64,000 nt of DNA from Chrysomallon squamiferum (Eukaryota; Animalia; Mollusca). The stretch covers positions 10,974,001 to 11,038,000 of the forward strand of contig CM022678.1 in the NCBI GenBank assembly GCA_012295275.1. Direction: 5' to 3'. A program made the translations under genes and the position numbers. The notes under the pieces are model-generated. The model made no database searches. It worked only from the letters and a program-made list of their open reading frames with translations, and was not told the DNA's origin. Shown here piece after piece: positions 15,547-28,735 of this stretch (position 1 is the first letter of the stretch; each line of letters starts with the position of its first letter).

Positions 15547-15966
15547 TACTCATTTAAATACACAAGGTCAACTCACTAATTTAAATACACAAGGTCAACT
15601 CACTCATTTAAATACACAAGGTCAACTCACTGATTTAAATACACAAGGTCAACTCACTGATTTAAATACACACGGTCAACTCACTGATTTAAATACACAA
15701 GGTCAACTCACTCATTTAAATACACAGTCAACTCACTGATTTAAATGCACAAGGTCAACTCACCGATTTAAATAAACAAGGTCAACTCACTGATTTAAAA
15801 ACACAAGGTCAACTCACTGATTTAAATATACAAGGTCAACTCACTGATTTAAATACACAAGGTCAACTCACTGATTTAAATACAGTCAACTCACTGATTT
15901 AAATACACAAGGTCAACTCACTGATTTAAATACACAAGGTCAACTCACTGATTTAAATATACAAGG
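15547..15966. repeat. 27-bp minisatellite, about 15 copies (aaggtcaactcactgatttaaatacac)
   Basis: Highly homogeneous tandem units. Confidence 0.95.
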
Positions 15967-16456
15967 CTGTCTCTCCCATTTAGGAGGCGGCCATGTTTAA
16001 ATTAACTCATTTTCAAAAGCTTCCATTTTATAAATGTAAACAGGTTTTTTTTTCTTCCTACAGTTTCAAAAGATAAACATTTCCCTCTCCCTGAATGTTA
16101 AATGATACAAGCCAAGCTTTAAAATTTAAACAGTTTAAAAATGTATGGTTTTTTTTCACACACCTTCATCATCACTTTGTCCAGTAGCCATGTTTGAATA
16201 AACTGACTTCAAGATGGAATCTTACAAACTAAAATACATGTTTCACAGCTGAACATCAAAACAAAAAAAATCTAAAAATTAAATAGGCTAATTTGAAGTT
16301 TGTTATAAATTTGATCTGAGTAAAGTTCATTTTGCTAGGCAGCTCATTTTAAAATATGTAATTTAGCTGGTTTTCATAGCAGCACAACTGTATTTAAATA
16401 AACTTAAAAATCATCTTTAAACATGTGTTTATGCACAAATATATGCCTCTCTGTCA

Positions 16457-16487
<31 letters not shown>

Positions 16488-17011
16488 AAGTCCAGATTGT
16501 AACTTTTGACCAGGAAACAAAAATTCAACTAAAACTAGAAGTTTATACACACACAATGTACACATTCAAAACAAAAGCTGCCTTTCAATCAGGAAGGCAT
16601 ATTTAGAAATTAAAATAAAACTTAATTCGAACTAGTATTGATATAAATTAAATTCTACATATGCAAAGCTTAAGCTATCATTTTATCAAATAGCTATGTT
16701 TAAGACTGAGAAAAAGAAAAAAAAAATTATTATATAAAATATTTATATTCTTCTTTCAAACCATGAAGATATATTCTAAGAAAAAAAAAAAGAAAAAATG
16801 TTTTGCTCTCCTTTTGTTTTAACATTTCAACACTTTTTAATAACAAAGGTTGGTTTCTGATAAATACACGAACTAACATAATAAATTTAAAAAAAAAAAA
16901 AAAATAATACATAATTAATGAATAAATCAGCAGTTTTCCTCACTGTTAAATCAAATTTAAAATAACTATAAAGAATAATAATAATAATAATTCTGGTTGT
17001 GATGATGATGA

Positions 17012-17044
<33 letters not shown>

Positions 17045-17824
17045 TTATAATGACTAAATAAATATTTGTCATCCTATCCTATATTTAATTAAACTTCAGA
17101 CCTTTTTTTAAAATAAGTGAGTGAGTGAGTGAGTGAGTGAGTGAGTAAGTCAGTCAGTCAGTCAGTAAATAAAATAAAATAAAACAAAATAAAAAAACAA
17201 ATAAATAAATGTTTATACTGACTGATATTAAAGTACATCTAATCTTCAGACTGGTTTTTTTCCCAGGAAATGTAAAACTTCAACACACAGACAAGTTACT
17301 TTCTCCAAATGTCAAACCACAAACCCAGCACTAAACAACAACTTAGATGCCAATGCCAACACTACACACACACATCTATATGTTATTGATTGTGTGCCTC
17401 TAATGCCGATGTTTGTCAGCGTCACTCCATAATGTAACACATAAACAACAGGACTGTGTGGATGTGGGATGCTATGAATATTTTATTACTTAAAAGGATA
17501 AAAAAATAAAAATAAAAAAAAAAAAACGGAAATATTTTTTTTGCAGTGCTGTTCACTGTAGCAGTCATAGTGATGTTATTATTTTTGGATTAAATAAATA
17601 TTTGAGTAAGATGATTTAATAATGTGTTAATAATTAATAATGCACAGTAATTTGTACACATATTTAAAAGGCGGCGAGACAGGAAGGGAGGGAGGGAGGG
17701 GTAGAGAAAGAGAGGGGGGGAGAGCAAGAAAGTGCGAGACAACATTAATATAGACAGATAAAAGGAAAAAAAGGAAATATGCCAAAGAGAATGAAAGGTT
17801 GAAGAAAAAAGGACAAAGACAGAC

Positions 17825-17897
<73 letters not shown>

Positions 17898-19109
17898 ATT
17901 CTTTTGACAAAATTTCAGTTTACATCCTTCTTAAACGGACATCTTTGTTACCAATCAACACAATCTTAACCACATAGCACTGGAAATAGTGACACAGAAG
18001 ATAATTATTTTCAAAAACGACCATAACAGCAAATGAAAAATTCCAAAAATTCTTCTCGTTATACAGCAAGTCAGGCCTTGACCCAACTCAACAAGTTATT
18101 GACTGGGGAATAACTGCAGTTGAAAGATCTATTCTGCCATTGAACACATCTGAATGTCAAGGACAAACATGCAGATGTCTGATTGGTCAGTTTCACTGCA
18201 CTTTTAATCAGATAAATTAGAGAACGTTTTATAAAGTGCAAGAGTTTTCCAGATTTATAAAGTACAGACAGATTTACATTTCACCCCACAAAACATTCAA
18301 AAATCATCTTAAGATTTTTGCATGTAATTAATTTATTTGTTTGTTTTTAAGTTATTAATTATACTTCACAAATTAAAAAGCCTAAAACACATTTCACAGT
18401 GTTCCAGTTTACTGGCAAAATAAATTCAAGGATGTTGACATTAACCTTTTCATTGCAACATCATCTTGAAAACAAATACAGAAGAGAAAAAAACCTTGAC
18501 TAACTGAGTAAATTATTGCAGTTGGTTCATATCCTCAGTCTAATAGGAATTTTTCTACATTCCAGTTTATTAACTCTACAATGAAACTGAAAATCATGTT
18601 TCTGAAATTTGGTTTGTTATTTTACTTTATTGTTAGTAAGGTTTGTTCGCCAAAAACAAAATAATAACTTTACAGAAATGCAAAATGTTGTTTATTCAGT
18701 TATCACATAACACATACTTTTAATTAAATAAGTAAATTTCACTTCAACAGCCTTTGAACTGTAAGAGAGAATTAATGAAGCATGTGTGACAACTTAGTGT
18801 CAAAGGTCAAGGTTATGTCATGTTATAATCAGGTAATTGGAATAACAGTGTGTCTGACAGGTCAAGTTTCTGATACAATAAATTAGCTCTGATTTCATTA
18901 CTCTGACCAAATTAAATCACCTAATTTAATTATTGGACAACAAATATGTCTAATTTTACCAGAAAATTAATCAACTTTTTTTCTTTTTTTTTTTCCTGCC
19001 ATCAACATCACATGTAAATCCATCTAAGATCAATGGTTATTATTAGGTCACTAGAATAGTTATCAAAAAAACAAAACAAAGAAAGAATAAAAAAAAAAAA
19101 AAGAATGCC

Positions 19110-19610
19110 CACACTCAGTTCTGAACCCACTAGATATGTTTAGCTGAATGTTCTATGGAAAGTAGAAATACAAAACTGGCCATCATCAAGTATTGAACCC
19201 TTTATCTAACAGTCCTTAGTATTTTTATATTTAAAATACCTCCATATGTAATAAAAAATTAAAATTAAAATTAAAAAAGCAGTCACCAAGTATTGAACCT
19301 ATTTGCTATCAGTCCTTAGTATTATTAGTATTTTGCATATCTTAATAATAATGTTATAATAAAAAATTAAAAATAAAATTTAAAAAAAAAGCCATCAACA
19401 AGGACTGAACCCACTAAGTTTCACTTCTCAGCTTTCAGTTAATGACCAGAAAACAGAAAAAAGAAAACAGCTGTCACCAACTACTGAACCCAAAACCTAC
19501 AACTCCTTAAAGTGTCTTGTTTAACAGTAGACCTTCATAAAACAAACGTCAGAAAAACTCCATGAAAAAAAAAAAACCCACCCTCTATAAGTATCGAACC
19601 CACTACCTAG
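19110..19610. repeat. Degenerate repeat with core caccaagtattgaacccact, about 6 copies
   Basis: Core recurs near 19118, 19183, 19284, 19393, 19475 and 19588. Confidence 0.65.
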
Positions 19611-20063
19611 AGGTTAAAAAAATGTCTACAGCTTTCAGAGAACTGTCCTCACCAAACAAGTTACCTAGCACACCTTAGTTAACGAGTTTTAACCTGTATC
19701 TTAAGGATACGTATGTAATATTAAACAGAAAATAGTCTGACATCATTTTCCCTGTGACAGACGATTCCAAGAATAGACACCCTCAGCTCCTAGACCTTTT
19801 AACAAGGAACCAACATCTTGTCAGATGCAATCTAAATAAATAAAAAACATGTGATTAACAGAATCTAAGAATGGTGTGGGTGGAGCTGATAGGAGTCTGA
19901 AATTATTCTGTCTTCCACTGTGGTTCAACTTTCAAAAAACCATCTTGACACAGCGTTTCATGTGTTTAATGTCTTCAGTGACCTTTCATGTTCTGAACAT
20001 GTTCAGAGGTGACAGCTTCCTCTCTCTGTGGTCTTCAAATCAGCAGTGACAATGTCCTGAATG

Positions 20064-20549
20064 AACAACACAGTACCCAGTGTACAACACAGAATCCAGT
20101 GTACAACACAGAGTCCAGTGTACAACACAGTACCCGATGTACAACACAGAGTCCAGTGTACAACACAGTACCCAGTGTACAACACAGAGTCCAGTGTACA
20201 ACACCGTACCCAATGTACAACACAGAATCCAGTGTACAACACAGTACCCAGTGTACAACACAGAACCCAGTGTACAACACAGAACCCAGTGTACAACACA
20301 GAATCCAGTGTACAACACAGAGTCCAGTGTACAACACCGTACCCAATGTACAACACAGAATCCAGTGTACAACACAGTACCCAGTGTACAACACAGAACC
20401 CAGTGTACAACACAGTACCCAGTGTACAACACAGAGTCCAGTGTACAACACAGAACCCAGTGTACAACACAGAGTCCAGTGTACAACACAGTACCCAGTG
20501 TACAACACAGAGTCCAGTGTACAACACAGTACCCAGTGTACAACACAGT
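20064..20549. repeat. 19-bp minisatellite, about 25 copies (ccagtgtacaacacag plus a variable 3-mer)
   Basis: Directly visible; the unit lacks stops, which explains six overlapping ORFs. Confidence 0.96.
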
Positions 20550-21524
20550 GACTTCATCAGTACAATGCTGGGGCATTCTCTGTTTCTAGAACTGTTAATT
20601 TTATTTTATTTATTTATTTTTTTTTTATTTTTTTTTTTTTGAAGTTAGATGGTTAAAACCATTTTTGGTCGTGTAAATCTATCTAAAACAGCTGACAGGA
20701 TTAAAATTAAAACTCTCTTTTTTTTTTTTTTTATTTAAATTTTTTTTAATTGTGAAATCCAATACACGACAAAATGAATGGTTACAGCATAGGCTCTGTA
20801 TTTGCCTAAATCAATGAACAGTGCCATGGATTAGTTTCAGTTGGGTTTTTGTTAAAAATAAATTACTTAATACATTCCAGCTCTGGAAACACATGAACAG
20901 TACAATTACTGAAGGGTCACTTCACAACCACTCAATAATTCAATAACTAAGATTTCAATAATTTGTAAATGGAATAATCTGGACAAAAAAAAAAAAAAAA
21001 AAATAGGCTTTAGGCATTATTATTATTATTATTTCTTTTTGTTAATTTCCTGTTTATTTCTTTGCCGCTAAGACAGAAATCTTGCAGCTAGGGAAGCAGC
21101 AGAAGATGAAAAGGCTGAAATCAAAGAGTAAACGTAATAAGCACTGAGACGAGGACGTCAGGGGGCTCACTGCAAACACAGGAGAAAACAACAGAAATAG
21201 CAGGAGAGAAATATTTTAATTTGCCTGGCACACTCAGCATGTGAACCACTGCTTCTGACAAACAAGTCAAATCAACCTGGCCAGGCAGGCGATGAATAAC
21301 ACAAAGAGAAAAACAAATAAATAATTTAATTTAAGACAGTAATCAATAATAATAATAAAAAAAAAAATCATTATTTTTCACTGATGCGTGACTCCAATGG
21401 GTATGTTGTATTTTATACTCTGAGCTATGAATTTTTAATCAGTCAGTATTTGCAGGGACTAATTCAAAGTTTAAAAAAGGGAATACACTTGAGTATACAT
21501 TACAGCTTTCGAAATGAAAAAGGG

Positions 21525-21558
<34 letters not shown>

Positions 21559-22181
21559 TTATCTATCTAACAAGATATCTATCTGAATATGTCTGCATTA
21601 TGTATATATATATATATTTGAATTTTTACCTATCTACCTACCCACCTCCTCTTTCTCATTCTCTCTCCCCTCCCTTCCTTCCCCCTGCCCCCACAGCTTA
21701 TTTTGACAAGACTTGGTACACTGTACATCTGTTGTTATGAACAATAACTAGCTTCCAGTCCATGCATCTTCTTCTATTACAAGTCAGTAATCAATCTATT
21801 TGATGCAAACCTTTTACTCATGGGAATTTATTTTCAATTGTCATGTCTGTATGGAAATATCCATCTAGCTAACAGGAAAAATAATTTCTGTAGATGGATG
21901 TGAATGAATGGGTTTCTGCATTATTTCTTTAAAATGTCCGCTATCTAGCAAATCACATTAGCAATGCTGATTTTAACAGCTTATTTCTTTAAATAAGATT
22001 AACAAGCAAGCTTTTATAGCATACGTATTATAGAAAAAAATTCCTTGTTTGACATCTACTTATTCTTTTCTCTCTCTCTCTCTCTCTCCAGATCGCTGTT
22101 TCTGACCATTTTTTTTTTTTCCTTTCTCTCTATCAGTCTATGTATATTTTTCACTGCATGCATTGTGAGTTTCTGTGTGTG

Positions 22182-22228
<47 letters not shown>

Positions 22229-22692
22229 TGTGTGTGCGTGTAAGAATGCATAAATACAAAAATGTATTAAAACAGACATTAATTTACTCACATATTCTGG
22301 TTTCTTCAGTTTCCAAATCAACACCTCACAAGCAAATGAAACTATTTCACATTAACGATTAATTATTCCTATTCACCATCCACTATTCATTATAACATTC
22401 AACATGCAGCTCTGTTTGAATATTCTTTTATGTATATCGATCTAATATATCACCTCAAAAAAAAATATATACAAAAAAAAAAACCCCACTCATCTACATG
22501 ATAATACGAAAACTAACTAACAACTCCACTCCCAAAATTAAAACCCAACACAACATTAACCACAGAATTCTGAGTGTTGTATAAACACATAAACAAGACG
22601 TCACAAGATTTGATGGGTGTTTTTTTTTTTAAACCACTCAAATTTCAATGGAACAAGAAAAACAAAACGTCGCAAGATTTCATGTTTCTTAA

Positions 22693-22849
22693 CCATTCAG
22701 TGGACGTCGTTACCCTCGAAGACCAGATCACGTCCACTGTGTTAACAACGTGCTGACAACTGACAAGAATCTTGACTTCGTGGAGTGTGTTGTTTTTAAA
22801 CAGTGATGCCTGACTCTGTCACCCGTCCACTACTTCGGCCACTGAATGG
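22693..22849. mobile_element. Candidate 157-bp MITE, piggyBac-like (TTAA target)
   Basis: Terminal inverted repeats CCATTCAGTGG (22693-22703) and CCACTGAATGG (22839-22849), flanked by TTAA on the left and TTCA on the right; CpG-rich interior. Confidence 0.5.
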
Positions 22850-24939
22850 TTCACGTCTGACAAGGTGCCCTTAACTGGGGGGTGGGGGGTGGATGGGGGG
22901 TGGCAGGACATGGTAAGTTTAATAGGTAAATCGATAGGTGTTTCATCATGCTTAAGATTTCAAAAGAGAAAAAATAAAAATAAAGATGTTTTTTTTATTA
23001 TAGTTTTAGCAGTACGTGCCACACATCTCATACCCCAGTTTTTAAAATACAAAATATATACATAATCACACACACACACACACACACACACTAACACACT
23101 AACACACTCACAGACACACTTACATAAATATACAATGTACATGTTTTTTAACTCTTTGTTCTACAAACAGAATCAATGTCTGAATGAAAGAAAATAAATA
23201 AATAAGTAAATAAATAAATAAATAAATAAATAAACAAATATAGTGAACAGTACATGGGTATTAACATGAATGTAAGAAACTGTTCAGGAAGAATTCTTAC
23301 TTTTAATTTGATTCAGAAATTTTATATTTTTTATTACTATCAGAATTAATACTATCAAAATTAATACTGTCTTAAGTATTGAAATTAATACTTTGTTACT
23401 ATTTGAATTAATACAATCTTACTATCTAAATTAATCCTAAGTTACAATACTGTTAATACTATCTTTACTATTGGAGTTAAAACTTTGTTACTATTTAAAT
23501 TAATACAACCTTACCAACCAAATTAATTAATACTAAATTACATCTTAGATTAATAATAATTTATTAGCTAATTAATACAATTAGAGTTAATATTTCTGAA
23601 GTGTTTGATTTAAAACAATATTAATATCTCAATACAACTCAAGCCAAAGCTACAATACTCCCTGATTTAATATTCTCAGTATCTATAATATAAAATTATA
23701 ATCTTAGAAATCTAATTAATACTATTTTATTATTCTAAATTAATATTTAATTATCATTATGTTTTAATACAATTAATACTATCATAAGAATAGAAAGCAA
23801 AAATTAATGTTAACATTAAGAAGAAAAGAATCTATATAAAAATATTAATTTACAGTGATTATCAAATAAAGTTTACATATGTATATATTTACTTATGTCT
23901 GTATGATGTGAAATTGAGTTATTATTTTTACATCCAAACATTTTTTTTTTTACTTACGTTTTTACCTGCAATATTTTCTTTGTGCAAGAAAAATTCTTAA
24001 CTGAAAAATAATGTTCACAATTCCTCATACAAGTTACAAGTGTTGTTCTTCAGTGTAACAGAATCACTTATCAAAACTGACTCTCTCTCTGTATCAAAGT
24101 ACTGTTGGGAGTGTCAAAGATTTTTATTTTGTTGCAGCACAGAAAAAAGAATTCCAAACTGAGAAAGAAAATGTCGACATTCCTTGTACAAACTGTTTTT
24201 CTCAAGGCAGCACAAAACAGTTACAAAGTCAAGTTTTGTAACACAAATTTCTATCACAGAAAGAGAAAGAAATGAAATTTTACCGTTTCAAAAGATAAAA
24301 TCAAAATTCAGAAGAAATATCAGATACGTTTTTTCACAAAATAATGTTCATGATAAATTAAGAAGAAAAAAAATCACATTGGACTTATCTGACAGAATAC
24401 AGTTAAAGAATTTGCAAAGTAAATATATATATATATATAAAACTTCCAAATTTAGAAAAAATTCTGCTTTCTTTCCAGTAGCTGCAACATCAAAGCTATA
24501 ATCCACTTAAAAATATTCACAATTTAAATTCTTCCAGAATAAAAACAATTTAAATGAGTTTTTCTTTCACCAAAAACAGATATTTTTTTTAATCACATCT
24601 TCACGAAAACTTCCAAACTAAAACAAAAAAAATCACTATTACTACGGCTTCACTGTTTCTATCTGTAAAATTCACATTTTTTAAAAACAACGCGATTTCT
24701 TTCTTCCGACAGCAATACAGTGACACTCAAAAGACTTTTCCCCACAAGATAAAACTTCTAGTTCACAAAAATATGATGTCCATACCCATACATCAATAAT
24801 TATCAGTTTGTCAATACTTTTCCCCTGTGCACAACAATTCAGATTTTCAGGACTGCACAACAAAGTCACAGCTGTCGTTTATCACACATCGTTTCATCTC
24901 GGCACAAACAAGAGAGAGAAAAACGCTTTTCAAAATGAG

Positions 24940-25220
24940 ACGGTTTCTGTTATAAACAATCTTCACAATCTCTTGCGCAACGTGATTGGAACTGTACAAT
25001 AACCAATCAAGTCTTTATTAATCTGAAATCATTTTTCTCTCGCTCCAGTCTATCGAACTCTGAGCTGAAGTGAAAAAAAAAATAAAACGGCCCCCCGATT
25101 CTGTGCAGACAACAGACGAAGCAATTTTTTTCTTTCTTAAACGTCTTGGAAGCTTTATGACGGAAGTGCCTTGCAAAGAATAGCGAATAAACGGAGAAGA
25201 AAGAACAAGAGGAAGGCTGC
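24940..25220. promoter_or_regulatory. Promoter-like CpG-enriched patch, possibly an alternative PKI promoter
   Basis: TTGCGCAA palindrome at 24973-24980, opposed CCAAT boxes (ATTGG 24985, CCAAT 25003) and an ETS-type CGGAAGT near 25161. Minus-strand donor-like sites lie at 23965 and near 23957. Confidence 0.35.
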
Positions 25221-26960
25221 ATTGTTCTGTTACATTGCTTCGAGGGAAAAAGATGCCTTACAACAGAATACAGTGTTTAGAGATTAAAATGGAAAGCTCG
25301 TAAAAGAGATAAAAAAATAAAAATAACTGACGACGGAATTAAGTATAAATATTTTGTGTGACAATGCTTTTAAAATAAATATAAAATGAAATAAAATAAC
25401 AACAATAATAATATAGTTTATGTAATACAATAATTATTTTATACATACACACACTTTTGCAGTTCATTTAAAATATAATTGTTATTGTTGTTTTTATTCA
25501 TATTTTTATTATTATCATCATCATCATCATGTTCATCACAGAAAGATTTAATGATATCAAAAATAATTCACACATAAATAAAAATAATTTAGTCTCATAC
25601 TGTCTGGAATTGAATGCACCTTCAAGAAAAAGCCCAGAATTCAGAGGCTACCAGACATAAAATGGAAACAGTGGTGCCAGTGCAAATGTATTCAGAAAGA
25701 AACTTGAAGTAATTCAGTCATAAAGTAATTTGAAAAATAAATTAAAACCAAAACCTATGTAAATATTTATGAAACTGGCTAAGATCATGCAATTGTTAAT
25801 AATAATTTTGAAAAAAAAAAATTTAGTTTCTGACTATATTACACAAAGAATTTCAAAAACACCTTTGTGTCACATAATAATCTAAAATAAATAAATAATA
25901 ATAATGAATAAATAAATAAATAAATAAACAAAATAAATAATAATAATAATACTTTTTTTTTTAATTGTTTAAAAAGGCAGGACTATTTATGATATTCATA
26001 AATAACTTTCAGAAGGCATAATATTTATAAAAAGTTGTTAAAAAAACTAATAAATTAAAAAATTAAAAGTCTAAAAAAAAAAATACAGTATACATGATTC
26101 AGATACTGTGTGGAGTAATTCTGAAAAACAACTCGCGACATACAATCATATTTACACGGTTTCTAAAACTAGTTTAAATGAATTTACTCGCAATTATGTA
26201 ATTATTTTTGGGAAAGAAAGAAAAAAAGAAGAAAAATAATTTAAAAACCAACAAAAATATCCCCTAACAAAACATTATAATCATAGTAAATTGAAAAAAA
26301 CCAACACTACATATGTGTGATTTAAGACTAAGACAGCAACTCGTGGCACAAATGACTATATACAGAGCAACTAACTATAACACAATGATTCCAGTGAAAA
26401 ATAAGAAGAAAAAGAAAAGGCACCTGATTAAACATAATACAAACAGTTCCAGAAACAGCTCCACATACTTCAAGCTTTGTGCAGTGATTTTGATAAAGAA
26501 CAGCTTCAAGTGACAAAGCAAACAGCTCCTGAACTTGGCTCTTGTGTAATTACCCTGAAAACTCCTCATGAAACATTTTAACTATTTTTAAAAATCAGCT
26601 GCACATCATTTGTCTATAATCTAATAATCTGATGAGGGAGGGGTGGGGGGAATTAGTAAACAAAAAGCCCCTCTCTTGTTAAAAAAAACTAAATAAATGG
26701 TGTCTTAACTTGGCTCCCAGTAATTCAGCTGTAATGCTGTGACTTCAAAGAAAGTAAAAATGGCTAGACAGAAAATTATGTAAACAGTTTAAAAACCCAG
26801 CCACTTATACATCTAGCTAATGATTTTGAAAAACAGCTGGAAGTTTTTAGATATTTTGGTTATGATGTTGGGTGTGTATGTGTGTGTGTGTGTGTGTGCG
26901 CGCGTACATATATGCATTTATGTGTTTCCGAGTGTGTGTGTGTGTGTGTGGAGGGAGAGA

Positions 26961-26996
<36 letters not shown>

Positions 26997-28681
26997 ACAC
27001 TACAACTAAAGATACTGAATGACAACTACAGATGAAACAAAACAAAAGAATAAGAATAATAAAGATAAAATAAAGATAAAATAAAATAAAATGAAATAAA
27101 TTACAGCTTCTCACAAAACAAGATATAAAAAGTTTAGAAAACCTGTACATACACAAAATACAGTTAATTGTTTTGAAAAAGAACTAAGCTTGTGACAGCC
27201 CTCTATATAAACAGTTATGTCTGCAGATATTCCTGTTACACGAAAAGTCAATCTGAGTTTGTTAATCTGTGTGTTCACTGACTGAGACAATTTATTCACC
27301 TGCTGCAAATGTCATTAATAATTCAGATTAAAATCTTCACTTCAGATGTACCACTTTAAACAATCATCTTTATTTAGACGTTTCTGTCCTAAAATTTTCT
27401 TTTATTTATTTATTCGTCATGATTCTTTTTCTTATTACTATTAGCAGCAGTAGTATATTTATTAGTAGTAGTATTTCAGTTATTAAATTTCTATTATTAT
27501 TTTTATTTTGTTATTGTTTTTATTTTTAAACAACAAATATTTTCATCATATATGACATTTATCCATTTGTGCTGAGATTAAAAATGTATTTAACACATTT
27601 GAATAAAAAATAAAATGTGTGTGTGTGTGTGTGCATGTGTGTTTTCTGCATTTGTTTACAGGCATATAGATATATGTATAGACAGAATATAAAAAAAAAG
27701 AAAACTGTAGACAGTAAATTACAGGACAGAAATACAGTAATAAAACAGTCTGAACCTAATCAGCTAATGACTTGTAATAATAAACTATTTTTACAACAAG
27801 ACAGATTATTGACATTTCCAACGTTAAGTATCTTTCTGTATGCTGATATACATGTACACGATAATTTTAGTTTCAAATTCCAAATTGCTCGTTTTATTTT
27901 ATTTGTTCTTAAACTGTCTTTTTCTTTTTCATTTTTATTTTTTTCATTTTTATTTTATTTTTTTGAAATTGCTTTCTTATGTAAATTTTAATGTTTTTTT
28001 TTTTTTTTTTTTTTAAACGTTTTTATTCCATTTCTTTACTTTCTGTTTTATTTATTTTATTATTATTATTATTTTTCTTCTTTAAACTTTATTTTATTTA
28101 GATATTTATTTCACTTCTTATTTATTTATCTATCTCAGTATTTTTATTACTACTTAGGCTAACCCATCCTTCCTTCCTTCCTTCCATCCATTTTTTTTTT
28201 TCACTCCTTTTAAAAATACATTAACATCTACGCAGCCAGGGGTTCAAAACTCAAAAACAATTTTCTTTTTCGCAAATCTTCACTATCAACTCAACCGCGC
28301 ATTTTTCCGAGGGACAAGAGGGTTAATCACGAAAATATTTTGAGTCGCTTGTTGTGTCCTGTTATATTGATTAGCCAGCCCAATCGATCAGTTCGCTAAA
28401 TAGAGATAATGACACAAATTATTTTTATCCCGTAAACGTTTCTTGGCCCGATGCTGCAGAGCAAACAAAGAGTTTCACTTTCGATGCAAAAATAGTTACA
28501 TGCATCGAGCTATGGCTGCCTGTAATTTCAACAGAAATAGACTCGATGCTGCGACTAATGAAATTTATCGTTGGAATTCGGGTTATTAATCTTACGTCAC
28601 TGAATTAAATGGGTTTTTTTTGTCATTTTTTATTTATTGTGTACATATATATATATACACACATATATATATATAAATTTA

Positions 28682-28735
<54 letters not shown>

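Noticed and set aside
20003-20642. Six overlapping 157-193 aa ORFs
   Set aside because: Artefact of a stop-free 19-bp minisatellite; no splice or start context.
24184-24501. 105-aa Lys-rich ORF
   Set aside because: Non-ATG start and composition explained by A-rich DNA.
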